Source of the DNA: an uncultured Gemmatimonadales bacterium
GTDB lineage: Bacteria; Gemmatimonadota; Gemmatimonadetes; Gemmatimonadales; GWC2-71-9
Assembly (NCBI GenBank): GCA_963695555.1
Contig: CAVOGR010000001.1
Span: forward strand, 672,001 to 736,000
Reading direction: 5' to 3'
Length of the DNA: 64,000 nt
Both the position numbers and the translations under genes were made by a program. Below, in pieces: positions 54,410 through 64,000 of the stretch; within the stretch, counting starts at the first letter, position 1, and each line of letters begins with the position of its first letter. The notes below the pieces were generated by a model. It saw only the letters and a program-made list of their open reading frames with translations, ran no database searches and had not been told where the DNA came from.

Positions 54410-54931
54410 ATGCAGCCACTTCCTGATCCTCCTCGCACCACCCGGTCCACCTTCGGCCGCGATCTCGCCCTCCTTCTCGGCATACCGGGCCTGCTGTTTG
54501 TCGCCCTGCTCTGGTGGTTGCAGCCCTGGCGGGGCTATGAGGTGTGGGAATCGGCCACTATCTTCGACCGCGTCGCCGGCAGTTGGGATTGGGAGCTTGC
54601 CGAGGATCAATGCGCGCATCCTCATATGATCACCTTCTCCCTCGATAGTTCGGTCATGATTCTCACCCATGCGTACCCCTGGATCGACTCCGCGGGGCAG
54701 GAGCACGCTGTCACCGAGTATGACATTCAGCAGTACAATCAATACATGATTCGGGTAGTAGTCCGAGGCGAAACACGACGCACTGATAGCGGTGAACCCG
54801 TCGCCCAAGATCTGGTTCTGTTCTCAGGTGATACCTACCGTTGGCACGATTCCCACCGGCCGCCGACCTCCGGATACACCGGACTGGCTGTGCGGTGCAG
54901 CGACGGCAAGAGAGTGATGCGGAGTGATTGA
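54410..54931 (+). CDS. Hypothetical protein with N-terminal TM anchor
   Basis: 173 aa; LALLLGIPGLLFVALLWWL then a beta-rich domain. Confidence 0.65.
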   Translation: MQPLPDPPRTTRSTFGRDLALLLGIPGLLFVALLWWLQPWRGYEVWESATIFDRVAGSWDWELAEDQCAHPHMITFSLDSSVMILTHAYPWIDSAGQEHAVTEYDIQQYNQYMIRVVVRGETRRTDSGEPVAQDLVLFSGDTYRWHDSHRPPTSGYTGLAVRCSDGKRVMRSD

Positions 54932-55015
54932 AAGGATAGGGAGTAGGGAGTATTGGTATGGTAAGGAGGGAGGGGCTGGGGCGGCAGGTAACCGTCGCTT
55001 CGAGGCCAGGCGGAC

Positions 55016-55050
55016 GAGATCCTAGGGCGCTCCACGCCCTCGGGATGACA
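55016..55050. repeat. Half copy of the REP-like element
   Basis: AGATCC..GGGCG..CGCCCTCGGGATGACA, same end as 38501-38622. Confidence 0.65.
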
Positions 55051-55187
55051 ATCTCTTTCGGCGCCCAACCGCTCACCCCCGTGCAACCCTTGGACGCCCT
55101 ACTGCATCTAAGGACGAATCGTGTCCGCTCAGGAGCCGCTTGGCCGGGTCCTGGCAGACTTCCCATGCCGTCTCCCAAGGTGCCACC

Positions 55188-56539
55188 ATGAGCCGCGACT
55201 CCGCCCGTTCTCCCGCCTTCACGAAGACCCCTCGTCTTGGTGCGGGTCTCGTTCTTTCGCTGGTCTTCCTCGTCTCTGGTGCCGCGACCGCCGCGGCACA
55301 GGGTAACCCTGTCGCTGGACACTGGGAGGGCGCCCTGCGCTATCGGGGGGCGGACATGCCGATCCGCTTCCACGTGGAGTCCTCGGGTGATTCGCTGGTC
55401 GCAACGCTCGACATTCCGAGCCTGGTCATGGCGTGGGAGCCCGTGCCTACGACGCCTACGCGCTATGGCGTCTTGGTAGAGTTTCCCTTCGGTTTGGGCG
55501 CCCTGTCGGTTGAGCCCAAGGGCGATCGAGTGCGTGCCGAGAAGCAATTAGACGACGAAACGCTGGCCCTCGATCTCTGGCGGGCTCAGTCGCCGCCGTC
55601 CACGCGGGAGGAGGTCGTGTTTCGGAGCGGCGAGGTGAGTCTTGTCGGCACGCTCGTGGTCCCCAACGGTAAGGGGCCGCATCCTGCGGTCGTGCTAGTC
55701 CATGGGTCCGGGCGCCAGGGTCAAAGCAACTGGGCGTATCGCTCGTGGGCCGACCTGTTCGTCCGGCAGGGACTTGCCGTGCTGTACTACGATAAGCGTG
55801 GTATCGGTGCCTCGGGAGGCGAATACGGTGCGGGTCTAAGCCGACTCACCGAGGACGTCGTCGCCGCAGTCGAGTTCCTCAAGGCGCGGTCGGAGGTGGA
55901 TCCCAGTCGCATCGGGCTCAAGGGATCGAGTCAGGGCGCATGGATCTCGGAAGCCGCGGCCTCCGAGATCGGCGACGTTGCATTCTTGCTCCTCGTCTCG
56001 GCTGCGGCCAGCACGCCCAGGGACCAGGAGCTGCAGAAGATCGAGTATGGGATGCGCGACGATGGCAAGAGTGAAGATCAGATCGAAAACGCGCTCGCCT
56101 ATGCGGGGCTCTACTTCTACGTAGCTCGGACAGGCGAGGGGTGGCCGTTGCTCCAAGAGGCCGTCGAGCGAGCCCAGGCCGAGGACTGGGGCCAGTACGT
56201 GGATCAACCCCGCTCCGAAGCAGATCTCGCGTGGTGGCGCGAGAACCACGCGTTCCAACCGGCGGAGGTGGTGAGGGGCTCGACCTCCCGGTCTTGTTGC
56301 TCTACGGCGCCGCCGATTGGATCACACCGCCGGTGGAAAACGCGGACAAACTTCGGAACCTGTTCCCATCACCCGAACGAGTCGAGATCCATGCCTATCC
56401 CGGGGCCGATCATCGGCTGGAAGTCGGCGCGGGGCAGGATGCGGCAGGCAATTGGCACTGGCCCTCGATCGCTCCTGGGATGCGAGAGACGGTTGGCACG
56501 TGGCTCGAGAAGCATGTAGCTGTAAGGAGTGAGGAGTAA
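55188..56539 (+). CDS. Secreted alpha/beta hydrolase (S9/S15-like), indel near 56278
   Basis: VLVHGSG, YDKRG, GSSQG nucleophile; next frame PVLLLYGAAD..YPGADH. Confidence 0.85.
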
Positions 56540-56678
56540 GGAGTAAGGAGTAAGGAGGACCGATAGCTGATAGCCGATAGCCGATAGCTTGTTTCCGCCT
56601 TCCCCCCTCTTCCCGCCATCCCGCCTGGCCTTACATTATCAACCACAATCTCATTCATGGCTCGTCGAGGGGGTCCGC

Positions 56679-57926
56679 GTGAAGTTCCTGTCCGGGGTGG
56701 CCGTCTTCGCCTTCGTCTTCCTTTCCATTCCAACAGATTCCCACGCTCAGTCCTCGGTCTGCCGCGACTGTCACGGGCAGGGTACGCCCGGCATCGTGGC
56801 CGATTGGGAGGCCAGCAAGCACGGCACCCGCGGCGTCGATTGTGCCGTCTGTCACGGCAGCGAGCACAATTCGGCCGAGACGGTCGCGTTGGCCAAGATC
56901 CCCACCCCGGAGACTTGCGCCCTCTGTCACACCGATCGGGTTGCACAGTTCAAGCGTGGCAAACATGCTGCCGCGTGGGCCGCCTTGAACGCGATGCCCA
57001 CCACCCACTGGATGCCCATGGCGCTGAGCCAAGGGATGAAGGGCTGCGGCGGGTGCCACAAGATCGGGACGAAGACCGAGGCAGAAATCGCGACGCTCAA
57101 AGAAGAGGGCGGTGGATTCGGGGTGGCCTCGTGCGATGCCTGCCACACCCGGCATCTATTCTCGGTGAAGGAAGCCAGGCAGCCCCAGGCCTGCCAGACC
57201 TGTCACATGGGCTTCGATCACCCACAGTGGGAGATGTACTCGGGCTCGAAGCACGGGGTACGTGCTCTCCTCAAGCAGATTGGCATCCTGCCCGAGACGG
57301 CCGCAGCTCCCACCTGCCAGACATGCCACATGCAGGAGGGGAACCACGAGGTCCGGACCGCGTGGGGGTTCCTGGCCGTGCGGCTCCCCATGCCCGACGA
57401 CCCAGAGTGGGCCGCCGACCGCGCCACCATTCTCCAAGGGCTGGGCGTGCTCGATCCCGACGGCAACCCCACCGCTCGGCTCGACGTGGTGAAGGCGGCC
57501 GACGTGGCTCGGCTCACCCAGGAGGACTGGCAGCGGGAGCGCGACAAGATGCTCGCCACCTGTGGCCAATGCCACTCAGCCAACTTCGCCAAGGGCGAGC
57601 TGGACAAGGGCGACGACATGATCCGCCAGGCCGACCGGCTGATGGCCGAGGCGATCCGGATCGTAGCCGGGCTCTATAAGGATGGCCTACTCGAGAAGCC
57701 CGAGGCCTACGCCTACGCCTTCCCCGATCTCCTGACCTTCCACGACGCGGCTACCACGATTGAGCAGAAGCTGTTCGTGATGTTTCTCGAGCACCGCATG
57801 CGCACGTTCCAAGGCACGTTCCACGCGAGTCCCGACTACGCGCTCTGGTACGGCTGGAGCGAGATGGTGCGCGACCTGACGGAGATCAAGGAGCTGGCGG
57901 AGGAGATGCGGGAGACGGACGAGTAG
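56679..57926 (+). CDS. Octaheme HAO-family cytochrome c, copy 2 (intact)
   Basis: Signal peptide; 8 CxxCH (CRDCH, CAVCH, CALCH, CGGCH, CDACH, CQTCH x2, CGQCH); HTRH.FS..EARQP..CHMG.DHPQ.E.Y..SKHG. Confidence 0.9.
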   Translation: MKFLSGVAVFAFVFLSIPTDSHAQSSVCRDCHGQGTPGIVADWEASKHGTRGVDCAVCHGSEHNSAETVALAKIPTPETCALCHTDRVAQFKRGKHAAAWAALNAMPTTHWMPMALSQGMKGCGGCHKIGTKTEAEIATLKEEGGGFGVASCDACHTRHLFSVKEARQPQACQTCHMGFDHPQWEMYSGSKHGVRALLKQIGILPETAAAPTCQTCHMQEGNHEVRTAWGFLAVRLPMPDDPEWAADRATILQGLGVLDPDGNPTARLDVVKAADVARLTQEDWQRERDKMLATCGQCHSANFAKGELDKGDDMIRQADRLMAEAIRIVAGLYKDGLLEKPEAYAYAFPDLLTFHDAATTIEQKLFVMFLEHRMRTFQGTFHASPDYALWYGWSEMVRDLTEIKELAEEMRETDE

Positions 57927-58231
57927 GGAGTGAGGAGTGAGGAGTAAGGAGTGAGGAGGAGGTAGTGAGTAGGAGGTAGGTCAGTAGGTCCCCGTCGCTT
58001 TAGCGACAGCAGCCGAGTCTCGGCTTTAGCCGAGGATCGGTGAGGAGTGAGGGACGAGGCGGGAAGGTGGTAGGAGGGAAAGACGGAAAGTGGAGTACTA
58101 GCAAGCTTCTGGACCGCCTTCCCGCCTTCCCGCCCTTTCTTTCAGCCCAACTTCATCGGCGTTTCACGCTCCTTGCGATAGCGTCTGCTCTGGGCAGATG
58201 AACCGCCTCCAGCGGTTCGAATAGACCGGAG

Positions 58232-59158
58232 TTGATGATGATACTCAAGAAACGTGGACTCATTGCCTTTACAGTAATCGTCCCTCTCTTCACTCCTGCA
58301 CTCCGCGCCCAGGAGCCCTACCCGATACGACGGCTCACGAACCATGTGGCACAAGAGGGATTCCCCTCCTGGTCGCCCGACGGACAAACCCTCGTGTACT
58401 CGATGGGCATGCGGGACGATACGCTCGGCATCACCGGTCTCTGGATGATTCCGGTAGCAGGAGGTAAGCCTCGGCAGCTCACCAGCTACATCGGGGAGCA
58501 TCCCGACTGGTCGCCCGATGGGAATCACATCGTGTTCGATGCCGACACAGGAAACAGCGTCAAGCTGGTGGCCGCCACCGGAGGGCACGCCATCCGAGTT
58601 GTCCCTGCGTCAATCCCCATCTGGCGGGGCGGGAACCCCAACTGGTCTCCCGACGGCTCGCGCATCGCGTTTCGGGAGGGGTCGAACCTCTGGGTCTTGG
58701 ACGTCCGAACAGGAGAGGCAAACGTCGTCTTCAGCCAAGAAGGCACGCTTCCCCTTCCAGGTTGCTGGTCGCTGGACGGCGAGGAGATTTACGTGTACTT
58801 GCGCGCGGCGGAGTCGCAGGAATCCTCCATCTGGGCCGTATCGGTAGCCGGTGACGAGCGCAGACAACTCGCCTCCGACTCGAGCCACGTCTACCGCTAC
58901 ATGGACCTCTCGCCCGACGGGTCGATGCTCGCCTTCGCCTCGTTCAAGAACGAGAACCTCGACCTGTGGATCATGCCCGCGGAAGGCGGAACGCCGATTC
59001 GACTCACGACGCATCCGGCGCACGACGGTACCCCCCGATGGTCACCGGACGGGACCAAGATCGCCTTCACCAGCACGAGGACCGACAACTTCGACGTGTG
59101 GGTCATGGAGTTGGATCTCGAGCGGGTACGCCGGGAGCTGAGGGAGGCGAATCAATGA
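58232..59158 (+). CDS. TolB-like PD40 beta-propeller protein
   Basis: Repeated P.WSPDG; signal peptide. Confidence 0.85.
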   Translation: MMMILKKRGLIAFTVIVPLFTPALRAQEPYPIRRLTNHVAQEGFPSWSPDGQTLVYSMGMRDDTLGITGLWMIPVAGGKPRQLTSYIGEHPDWSPDGNHIVFDADTGNSVKLVAATGGHAIRVVPASIPIWRGGNPNWSPDGSRIAFREGSNLWVLDVRTGEANVVFSQEGTLPLPGCWSLDGEEIYVYLRAAESQESSIWAVSVAGDERRQLASDSSHVYRYMDLSPDGSMLAFASFKNENLDLWIMPAEGGTPIRLTTHPAHDGTPRWSPDGTKIAFTSTRTDNFDVWVMELDLERVRRELREANQ

Positions 59159-59258
59159 AGGGCCACTCGCTGTCTGCTATCGGCCATCGGCTAACAGCGA
59201 TATCCTTTTTGTCTCGCCGTTAGCCGTTAGCGCATGGCCGCTGATCATCAAAACGAGG

Positions 59259-61280
59259 ATGTGGGACATGATTCGAAACCGAGTACGCACTCGACGTACC
59301 GCCTTAGCCCTGCTGGCGCTCATAGCGCTTGCCGCTCCGACAACGCTCCTGGCCCAGGCGATTACGCCGGAGCAGATCGTCTCCTTGGAGCAGGTGGGCA
59401 CGGTGGCCCTGAGCCCCGACGGGAACCAGATCGCCTACACGCTGACCAAGCCGCGCACCGCGGACGAGGAGTTCGGCCGCTCCCGAAGCGAGCTCTGGAT
59501 CGTCCCGGCCACGGGCGGCACGCCGCGCGCGATCGTGACCGCCCCCCAGAGCGCGGGCGGGCCCGAGTGGTCGCCTGACGGGGCGATGCTCACGTTCACG
59601 GCCCGGCTCGACGAGAACGGGAAGACGCAGGTCTACGGCGTTCCCGCCGAGGGCGGTGAGCCGCGGCAGCTTACCCACTCGGCGCTCGGCGTCATGGGGT
59701 TTGACTGGGCGCCCGACGGTCGTTCCATCGCCTTCACCGCCCTGGAGCCGGAATCGAAGGAGGCCATCGCCCGGCGGAAACAGGGCGACGACGTCCAAGT
59801 GGCCGGCGAAGGCGACCGGTACGTGCGGCTCTGGATCGAAGACCTGGCATCGGGAGAACCTCGGGTGGTGACCCCGGCGGACAAGATGGTGCGGAGCTTC
59901 GCGTGGATGCCGGATGCGAAGGGCTTGGCCCTCCAGCTCACCCAGACCACCGACATCGACGCTGGCTACATGTGGCGCCAGATCTTCGTGACCAGTGCCA
60001 CGGGTGGTGACCTCAGGCAACTGACCGAAACCAAGGGCAAGCTCGGTGACATGGCTTGGTCGCCCGACGGCGAGAAGATGGCTTTCATCGGCGCCGTGTC
60101 GCTCAACGATCCGCTGGCCCAGAGTGTCTTCGTGGTGCCGAAGAGCGGTGGCGCTCCGGTCAATCTCACACCCAATCTCGAAGCCTCCGCCCAATCACTC
60201 GGCTGGCTGAACGGCAACACGATCTATTTCACCGCCGCGACGGGGACGAAGCAGACCCTGTTCTCGTTGCCGGCAGGTGGCGGGACACCAACCACCATGG
60301 CCGGAGGCGGCGCCGAAATCATGGGAAGCGTGAGCTTCGATTCCCGGATGCGCCGCTTCGCAACCTCGGTCCAGACCGCCCAACACCCCGATGATGTGTA
60401 CCTTGGTGACGTACGGAACGGACGGCTCAATCGGGTCACGACGCATAACGAGTGGCTCGCTCGAGTGGAGTTGGCCCCCCAGGAGACCATCACCTGGAAG
60501 GGCGCCGACGGATGGGACATCGAAGGTGTCTTGGTGCGGCCGTTGAACAAGGTTCCGGGTGCCCGATACCCCCTGGCGATTCTTCCGCACGGCGGCCCCG
60601 AAGGGATCAGCTACGACGGGTGGACCACGCGGGGGCTCTATCCGGCGCAGTACCTCGCCGCCAACGGATACGCGGTGCTCATGCCCAACTACCGCGGCTC
60701 GGGCGGACGCGGGGTCGCGTTCTCCAAGGCCGACCATCGTGACCTGGGCGGCAAGGAATTCAAGGATGTGATTGCCGGGATCGATCATCTGGCTGCGGAG
60801 GGCCTGGTCGATCCGGATCGGGTGGGGATCAGTGGCACGTCCTACGGCGGATATTTCTCCGCCTGGGCCGGCACGAAATACACCGACCGCTTCAAGGCGG
60901 CGATCACCTTTGCCGGCATCTCCAACTGGGCGTCCTTCACCGGGACCACCGATATCCCCTACGAGATGTCGATGGTGCACTGGGATACCTGGTGGTTCGA
61001 CGATCCCGGCTTGGCCTGGGACCGCTCGCCCTTGGCTCACATCAATGGGACCAAGACGGCAATCCTGGTGGGCCACGGGCTGGCCGATTCCCGGGTGCAT
61101 CCGGAGCAGTCGATCGAGATGTACACGGCACTCCGGATCAAGGGCGTGCCCACCGGGCTCCTGCTCTATCCCCGTGAACCTCATGGGCTGCTCGAGCGGG
61201 CCCACCAGCTCGACTTCATGCGGCGCATGCTCCAGTGGTTCGACCAGCACGTGAAGGGAGGGGTGACGGCGACGTCATAG
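59259..61280 (+). CDS. S9 family (prolyl-oligopeptidase-type) peptidase
   Basis: WSPDG propeller; HGGP, PNYRGS, GTSYGG, D.RV, EPHG. Confidence 0.93.
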   Translation: MWDMIRNRVRTRRTALALLALIALAAPTTLLAQAITPEQIVSLEQVGTVALSPDGNQIAYTLTKPRTADEEFGRSRSELWIVPATGGTPRAIVTAPQSAGGPEWSPDGAMLTFTARLDENGKTQVYGVPAEGGEPRQLTHSALGVMGFDWAPDGRSIAFTALEPESKEAIARRKQGDDVQVAGEGDRYVRLWIEDLASGEPRVVTPADKMVRSFAWMPDAKGLALQLTQTTDIDAGYMWRQIFVTSATGGDLRQLTETKGKLGDMAWSPDGEKMAFIGAVSLNDPLAQSVFVVPKSGGAPVNLTPNLEASAQSLGWLNGNTIYFTAATGTKQTLFSLPAGGGTPTTMAGGGAEIMGSVSFDSRMRRFATSVQTAQHPDDVYLGDVRNGRLNRVTTHNEWLARVELAPQETITWKGADGWDIEGVLVRPLNKVPGARYPLAILPHGGPEGISYDGWTTRGLYPAQYLAANGYAVLMPNYRGSGGRGVAFSKADHRDLGGKEFKDVIAGIDHLAAEGLVDPDRVGISGTSYGGYFSAWAGTKYTDRFKAAITFAGISNWASFTGTTDIPYEMSMVHWDTWWFDDPGLAWDRSPLAHINGTKTAILVGHGLADSRVHPEQSIEMYTALRIKGVPTGLLLYPREPHGLLERAHQLDFMRRMLQWFDQHVKGGVTATS

Positions 61281-61335
61281 ACGGGAAGGCGGCCAGAAAG
61301 GAAGGCGGGAAGGTGCCGATCAGCTAGCTTCTGGT

Positions 61336-61388
61336 CCGCCTTTCCGCCTTTCCGCCTTTCCGCCTTTCCGCCTTTCCGCCTTTCCGCC
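61336..61388. repeat. (TTTCCGCC)6 octamer array
   Basis: Six perfect units; complementary GGAAGGCGG units upstream at ~61283-61313. Confidence 0.9.
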
Positions 61389-61425
61389 TACTCTCCAACT
61401 TCCTCCGGTCCTACATTCCTACCCC

Positions 61426-61953
61426 ATGCCCGACAGCCTGCGCAGCATCCTCCTCGGCCTCATTCCGCTCCAGATCATATTGCTGGTGGCACTCGGCCTC
61501 ACGCTCGTGCGACGCCCTCGCACCGACTCGGCTGCGCGCGATCGGCTGATCTCGCTCTTCCTGATCGGGGTCGCGGCCCAATCACTCCACTTTATCGAGG
61601 AGTTCGTCACCGGCTTTCACTGCCGGTGGCCCGAGCTGTTGGGCTTGAGCCCCTGGTCGGCCGAGTTCTTCGTCAGCTTCAACGTGAGCTGGATCGCCGT
61701 GTGGGCGCTCTCGGCTGCCGGCCTTCGGGCCGGCGTCCGAGCCGCGCTCTTCCCGACCTGGTTCTTCGCCATTGGCATGACCGCAAACCTCGTGGCCCAT
61801 CCGCTGCTGGCGCTCAACGCGGGCGGCTACTTCCCGGGGCTCTGGACGTCTCCGGTAGTCGGGGTGATCGGGGTGATGATGCTCGGCCGCCTGGCGGGGT
61901 ACACAATGGGAGGGCATCTTGACCCTATCGGAGTCGTGCCTTCCGATTCGTGA
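61426..61953 (+). CDS. HXXEE-domain membrane protein
   Basis: LHFIEE, H..L...GYFPGLWTS; multiple TM helices. Confidence 0.8.
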   Translation: MPDSLRSILLGLIPLQIILLVALGLTLVRRPRTDSAARDRLISLFLIGVAAQSLHFIEEFVTGFHCRWPELLGLSPWSAEFFVSFNVSWIAVWALSAAGLRAGVRAALFPTWFFAIGMTANLVAHPLLALNAGGYFPGLWTSPVVGVIGVMMLGRLAGYTMGGHLDPIGVVPSDS

Positions 61954-61974
61954 GTCACGGTTGGATCGCGTTCC

Positions 61975-62385
61975 ATGGAGCAGCTTATGACCTCCATCAA
62001 GCGTGCCCTCTTGTTCGGCCTCCTCGTCTGGCTCATTCCCTTTGCCGTCGCGTTCGTGATTTATCCAATACACGAGTCGTCCCGGTCGTTGTTCGAATCG
62101 ATCATGCCGGTGACGATCAGCCTCGCGACGGTTCTGTTCGGTGTGACCTACTTGCGCCAGGTGACTCGACAGCCCCTGCGCGAGGGCATCCTGATCGGGC
62201 TCATCTGGCTGATGATGAGCCTGCTCATCGACATGCCGCTCATGCTCTTGGGCGGCCCCATGCAGATGACGCTTCCCGAGTACATCGCCGATATCGGCGT
62301 CACCTACCTCATGATTCCGGTGATCACGATCGGGATGGGGGCGGTGGCAGTGAGGAGTGGATTGGATCGGGATGACAACGAATAG
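61975..62385 (+). CDS. Four-TM hypothetical membrane protein
   Basis: 136 aa, four hydrophobic segments. Confidence 0.75.
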   Translation: MEQLMTSIKRALLFGLLVWLIPFAVAFVIYPIHESSRSLFESIMPVTISLATVLFGVTYLRQVTRQPLREGILIGLIWLMMSLLIDMPLMLLGGPMQMTLPEYIADIGVTYLMIPVITIGMGAVAVRSGLDRDDNE

Positions 62386-62466
62386 CTATTGGCTATTAGC
62401 CATTGGTCCAACGCACTAGCTTCTCAGCAACCAAAAGCCAATAGCCAATAGCAACCGGGAGCGCAC

Positions 62467-62943
62467 ATGCGACCCTCTCCACTTCTCCCGCTCGTCGCCC
62501 TTGCCCTCGCCGCGGCGTGTATCCCTGCCCAGCCCGCGTCTCTCACCGACGCCGAGCGCCAGGCAGTCGCCGCGAACGCCGATTCGGCCACCCGCGCCTT
62601 CGAGGCCGCCCAGCGGGCGATGGATCCAGAGCGCGTGGTCGCCCACATCGCGCCCGACTTCTACATGTACAACGACGGGGTGCGCGCGGGGTATGAATCG
62701 ACCGTCCAGTCGATCCGCGACAACCTCGGGTCCTTCCAGTACATGGATCCTAGCTTCAACAACTTGGAAACGAAGGTGCTCGGCAGAGACGCAGCCGTCG
62801 TGTCCTTCACCTTCCGCGACAGCTTAGTGGACGCCTCGGGTGCGACACTCATCCTCCGTGGACCCACCACGCTCGTGTGGGAGCGGCGCGGCGCCGAGTG
62901 GCTGATCACTTACGCGGATGCGGATCATTACCCGGCGGAATAA
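62467..62943 (+). CDS. NTF2/SnoaL-like (DUF4440-type) lipoprotein
   Basis: Lipobox AAAC; VLGRDAAV..TLVWERRGAEWLI. Confidence 0.8.
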   Translation: MRPSPLLPLVALALAAACIPAQPASLTDAERQAVAANADSATRAFEAAQRAMDPERVVAHIAPDFYMYNDGVRAGYESTVQSIRDNLGSFQYMDPSFNNLETKVLGRDAAVVSFTFRDSLVDASGATLILRGPTTLVWERRGAEWLITYADADHYPAE

Positions 62944-63012
62944 TTGCCTCAGACCTTGCGCCTCGAGACTAGCAGCGCCTTGGCCGTTTGAGCACGCTGG
63001 GGAGTGCAAGAA

Positions 63013-64000
63013 ATGACTGCCGTCCGCCCGTCTGTCCAACCACCAATCGATTGGCGGTTCATCACCGTCCTAATCGGCATGACGCTCTCGATCCACGTCG
63101 TCACCAATCTCATCACGCCATATGAATTCCACCGCGACGAGTTCCTCTACTTCGCGATGGGCACCCACCTGCGACTCTTCCACATGGATTTTCCGCCGCT
63201 GATCGCGCTCCTGTCCGAAACAGTCCGAGCAGTGGGCGGGACATCACTCTTCGCATTCCGCATGGTTCCCGCGATCGCGGGAAGCGTCGTGCTGCTCCTC
63301 GCTCTCCTCATTGTAAGAGAACTTGGCGGCGGCCGGCTGGCGCAGGTCCTCACCGCCTTTGCCATCATCTTCAATCCGCTTTTTCTCCGCACCGCAAACC
63401 TGTTCCAGCCGGTCGTGCTCGATCAGCTCTGGTGGATGCTCGGCTTCTACGCCTTGGCGCGACTCGAGAACACCGACGAGCCCAAGTGGTGGCTCCTGCT
63501 CGGGGCGGCGGGCGGGCTCGGACTCCTGAGCAAGTTTTCGATCCTGTTCTTCGGGCTCGCCGTCCTCATCGGTCTCCTGCTCACTCGCCGCCGCCGAGCG
63601 TTCCTGGGCCCCTGGCCCTGGATTGCGGCGGGCATCGCACTGGTGGTCGGAGCCCCGAGCGTGATTGGTCAGATCGCCCTTGGATTTCCCCTCGCCCAAC
63701 AGATGGAGGGGCTCCACCAAATGCAGCTGGCCCGCATGACCTTCGGAGAGTTCGTCATGGGCCAGGCCCTGTGGGGCCCCGCCGGCTTTCTGCTTGCCGG
63801 GGTGGGCCTGATCGCGTTCATGGTGCACCCGGCTCTCCGCCGGTACCGCTCCCTGGGCCTCATTGCCGCGGCGGCGTTCGTGCTCTTTACGCTCGCCAAG
63901 GGGAAGTCTTATTACGTCGGCCCGATCTATCCCGTGCTCTGCGCAGCCGGCGCCGTGTGGGTAGACCGCCTGTCGCAACCTCGAGTCAGGTCGGCTCTTG
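63013..64000 (+). CDS. Glycosyltransferase family 39 (ArnT/PMT-like), truncated by the window edge
   Basis: YEFHRDEFLY..DFPPL..GLLSKFS..GKSYY; many TM helices; open to the edge. Confidence 0.85.
   Translation, partial: MTAVRPSVQPPIDWRFITVLIGMTLSIHVVTNLITPYEFHRDEFLYFAMGTHLRLFHMDFPPLIALLSETVRAVGGTSLFAFRMVPAIAGSVVLLLALLIVRELGGGRLAQVLTAFAIIFNPLFLRTANLFQPVVLDQLWWMLGFYALARLENTDEPKWWLLLGAAGGLGLLSKFSILFFGLAVLIGLLLTRRRRAFLGPWPWIAAGIALVVGAPSVIGQIALGFPLAQQMEGLHQMQLARMTFGEFVMGQALWGPAGFLLAGVGLIAFMVHPALRRYRSLGLIAAAAFVLFTLAKGKSYYVGPIYPVLCAAGAVWVDRLSQPRVRSAL

Noticed and set aside
14378..56539. Frameshifts in rplV, glyQS, the PLP lyase, IS orfB, priA, cytochrome copy 1 and the hydrolase as programmed frameshifting or pseudogenisation
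   Set aside because: They are single-base indels without slippery motifs or nonsense codons and they hit essential genes. Long-read sequencing error is the simplest explanation; read polishing would decide.
51577..64000. Integron cassette array
   Set aside because: No integrase and no attC-type RYYYAAC..GTTRRRY sites recognised; spacers are simple repeats and REP-like hairpins.

Overview
GC-rich bacterial DNA; the ribosomal proteins and gene content suggest Gemmatimonadota (inference, not searched). From left to right: (1) 1-5388, a minus-strand cluster that looks like an uncharacterised RRE-dependent RiPP system. It has a 43-aa precursor with a YxxP leader motif and a short ...ITSAGASWWG tail, a stand-alone PqqD/RRE, an HPr-kinase-like kinase, two translationally coupled ferritin-like/DUF455-like genes (the second cut by the window edge), a sterol-desaturase-family enzyme and a Gln-dependent AsnB-like amidotransferase. 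(2) 6672-23432, the str-S10-spc ribosomal superoperon through secY-adk-map. (3) Housekeeping genes (suhB-like, trpS, degenerate PilT-like, purA, glyQS, ftcD), a minor type IV pilin cluster, and an operon with a ubiquitin-like protein, an HDAC and a dipeptide epimerase. (4) 42.7-64 kb, an accessory region with an IS3 element, an S8 protease lipoprotein with PrcB-like partners, priA, an IS remnant, a duplicated octaheme HAO-family cytochrome c and secreted peptidases/beta-propellers. Intergenic DNA is rich in 7-8 bp tandem repeats, often in inverted pairs, and a palindrome CTAGGGTTTTCCCTAG recurs four times. Single-base frameshifts in essential genes (rplV, glyQS, priA) indicate uncorrected sequencing indels, so pseudogene calls here are unreliable.
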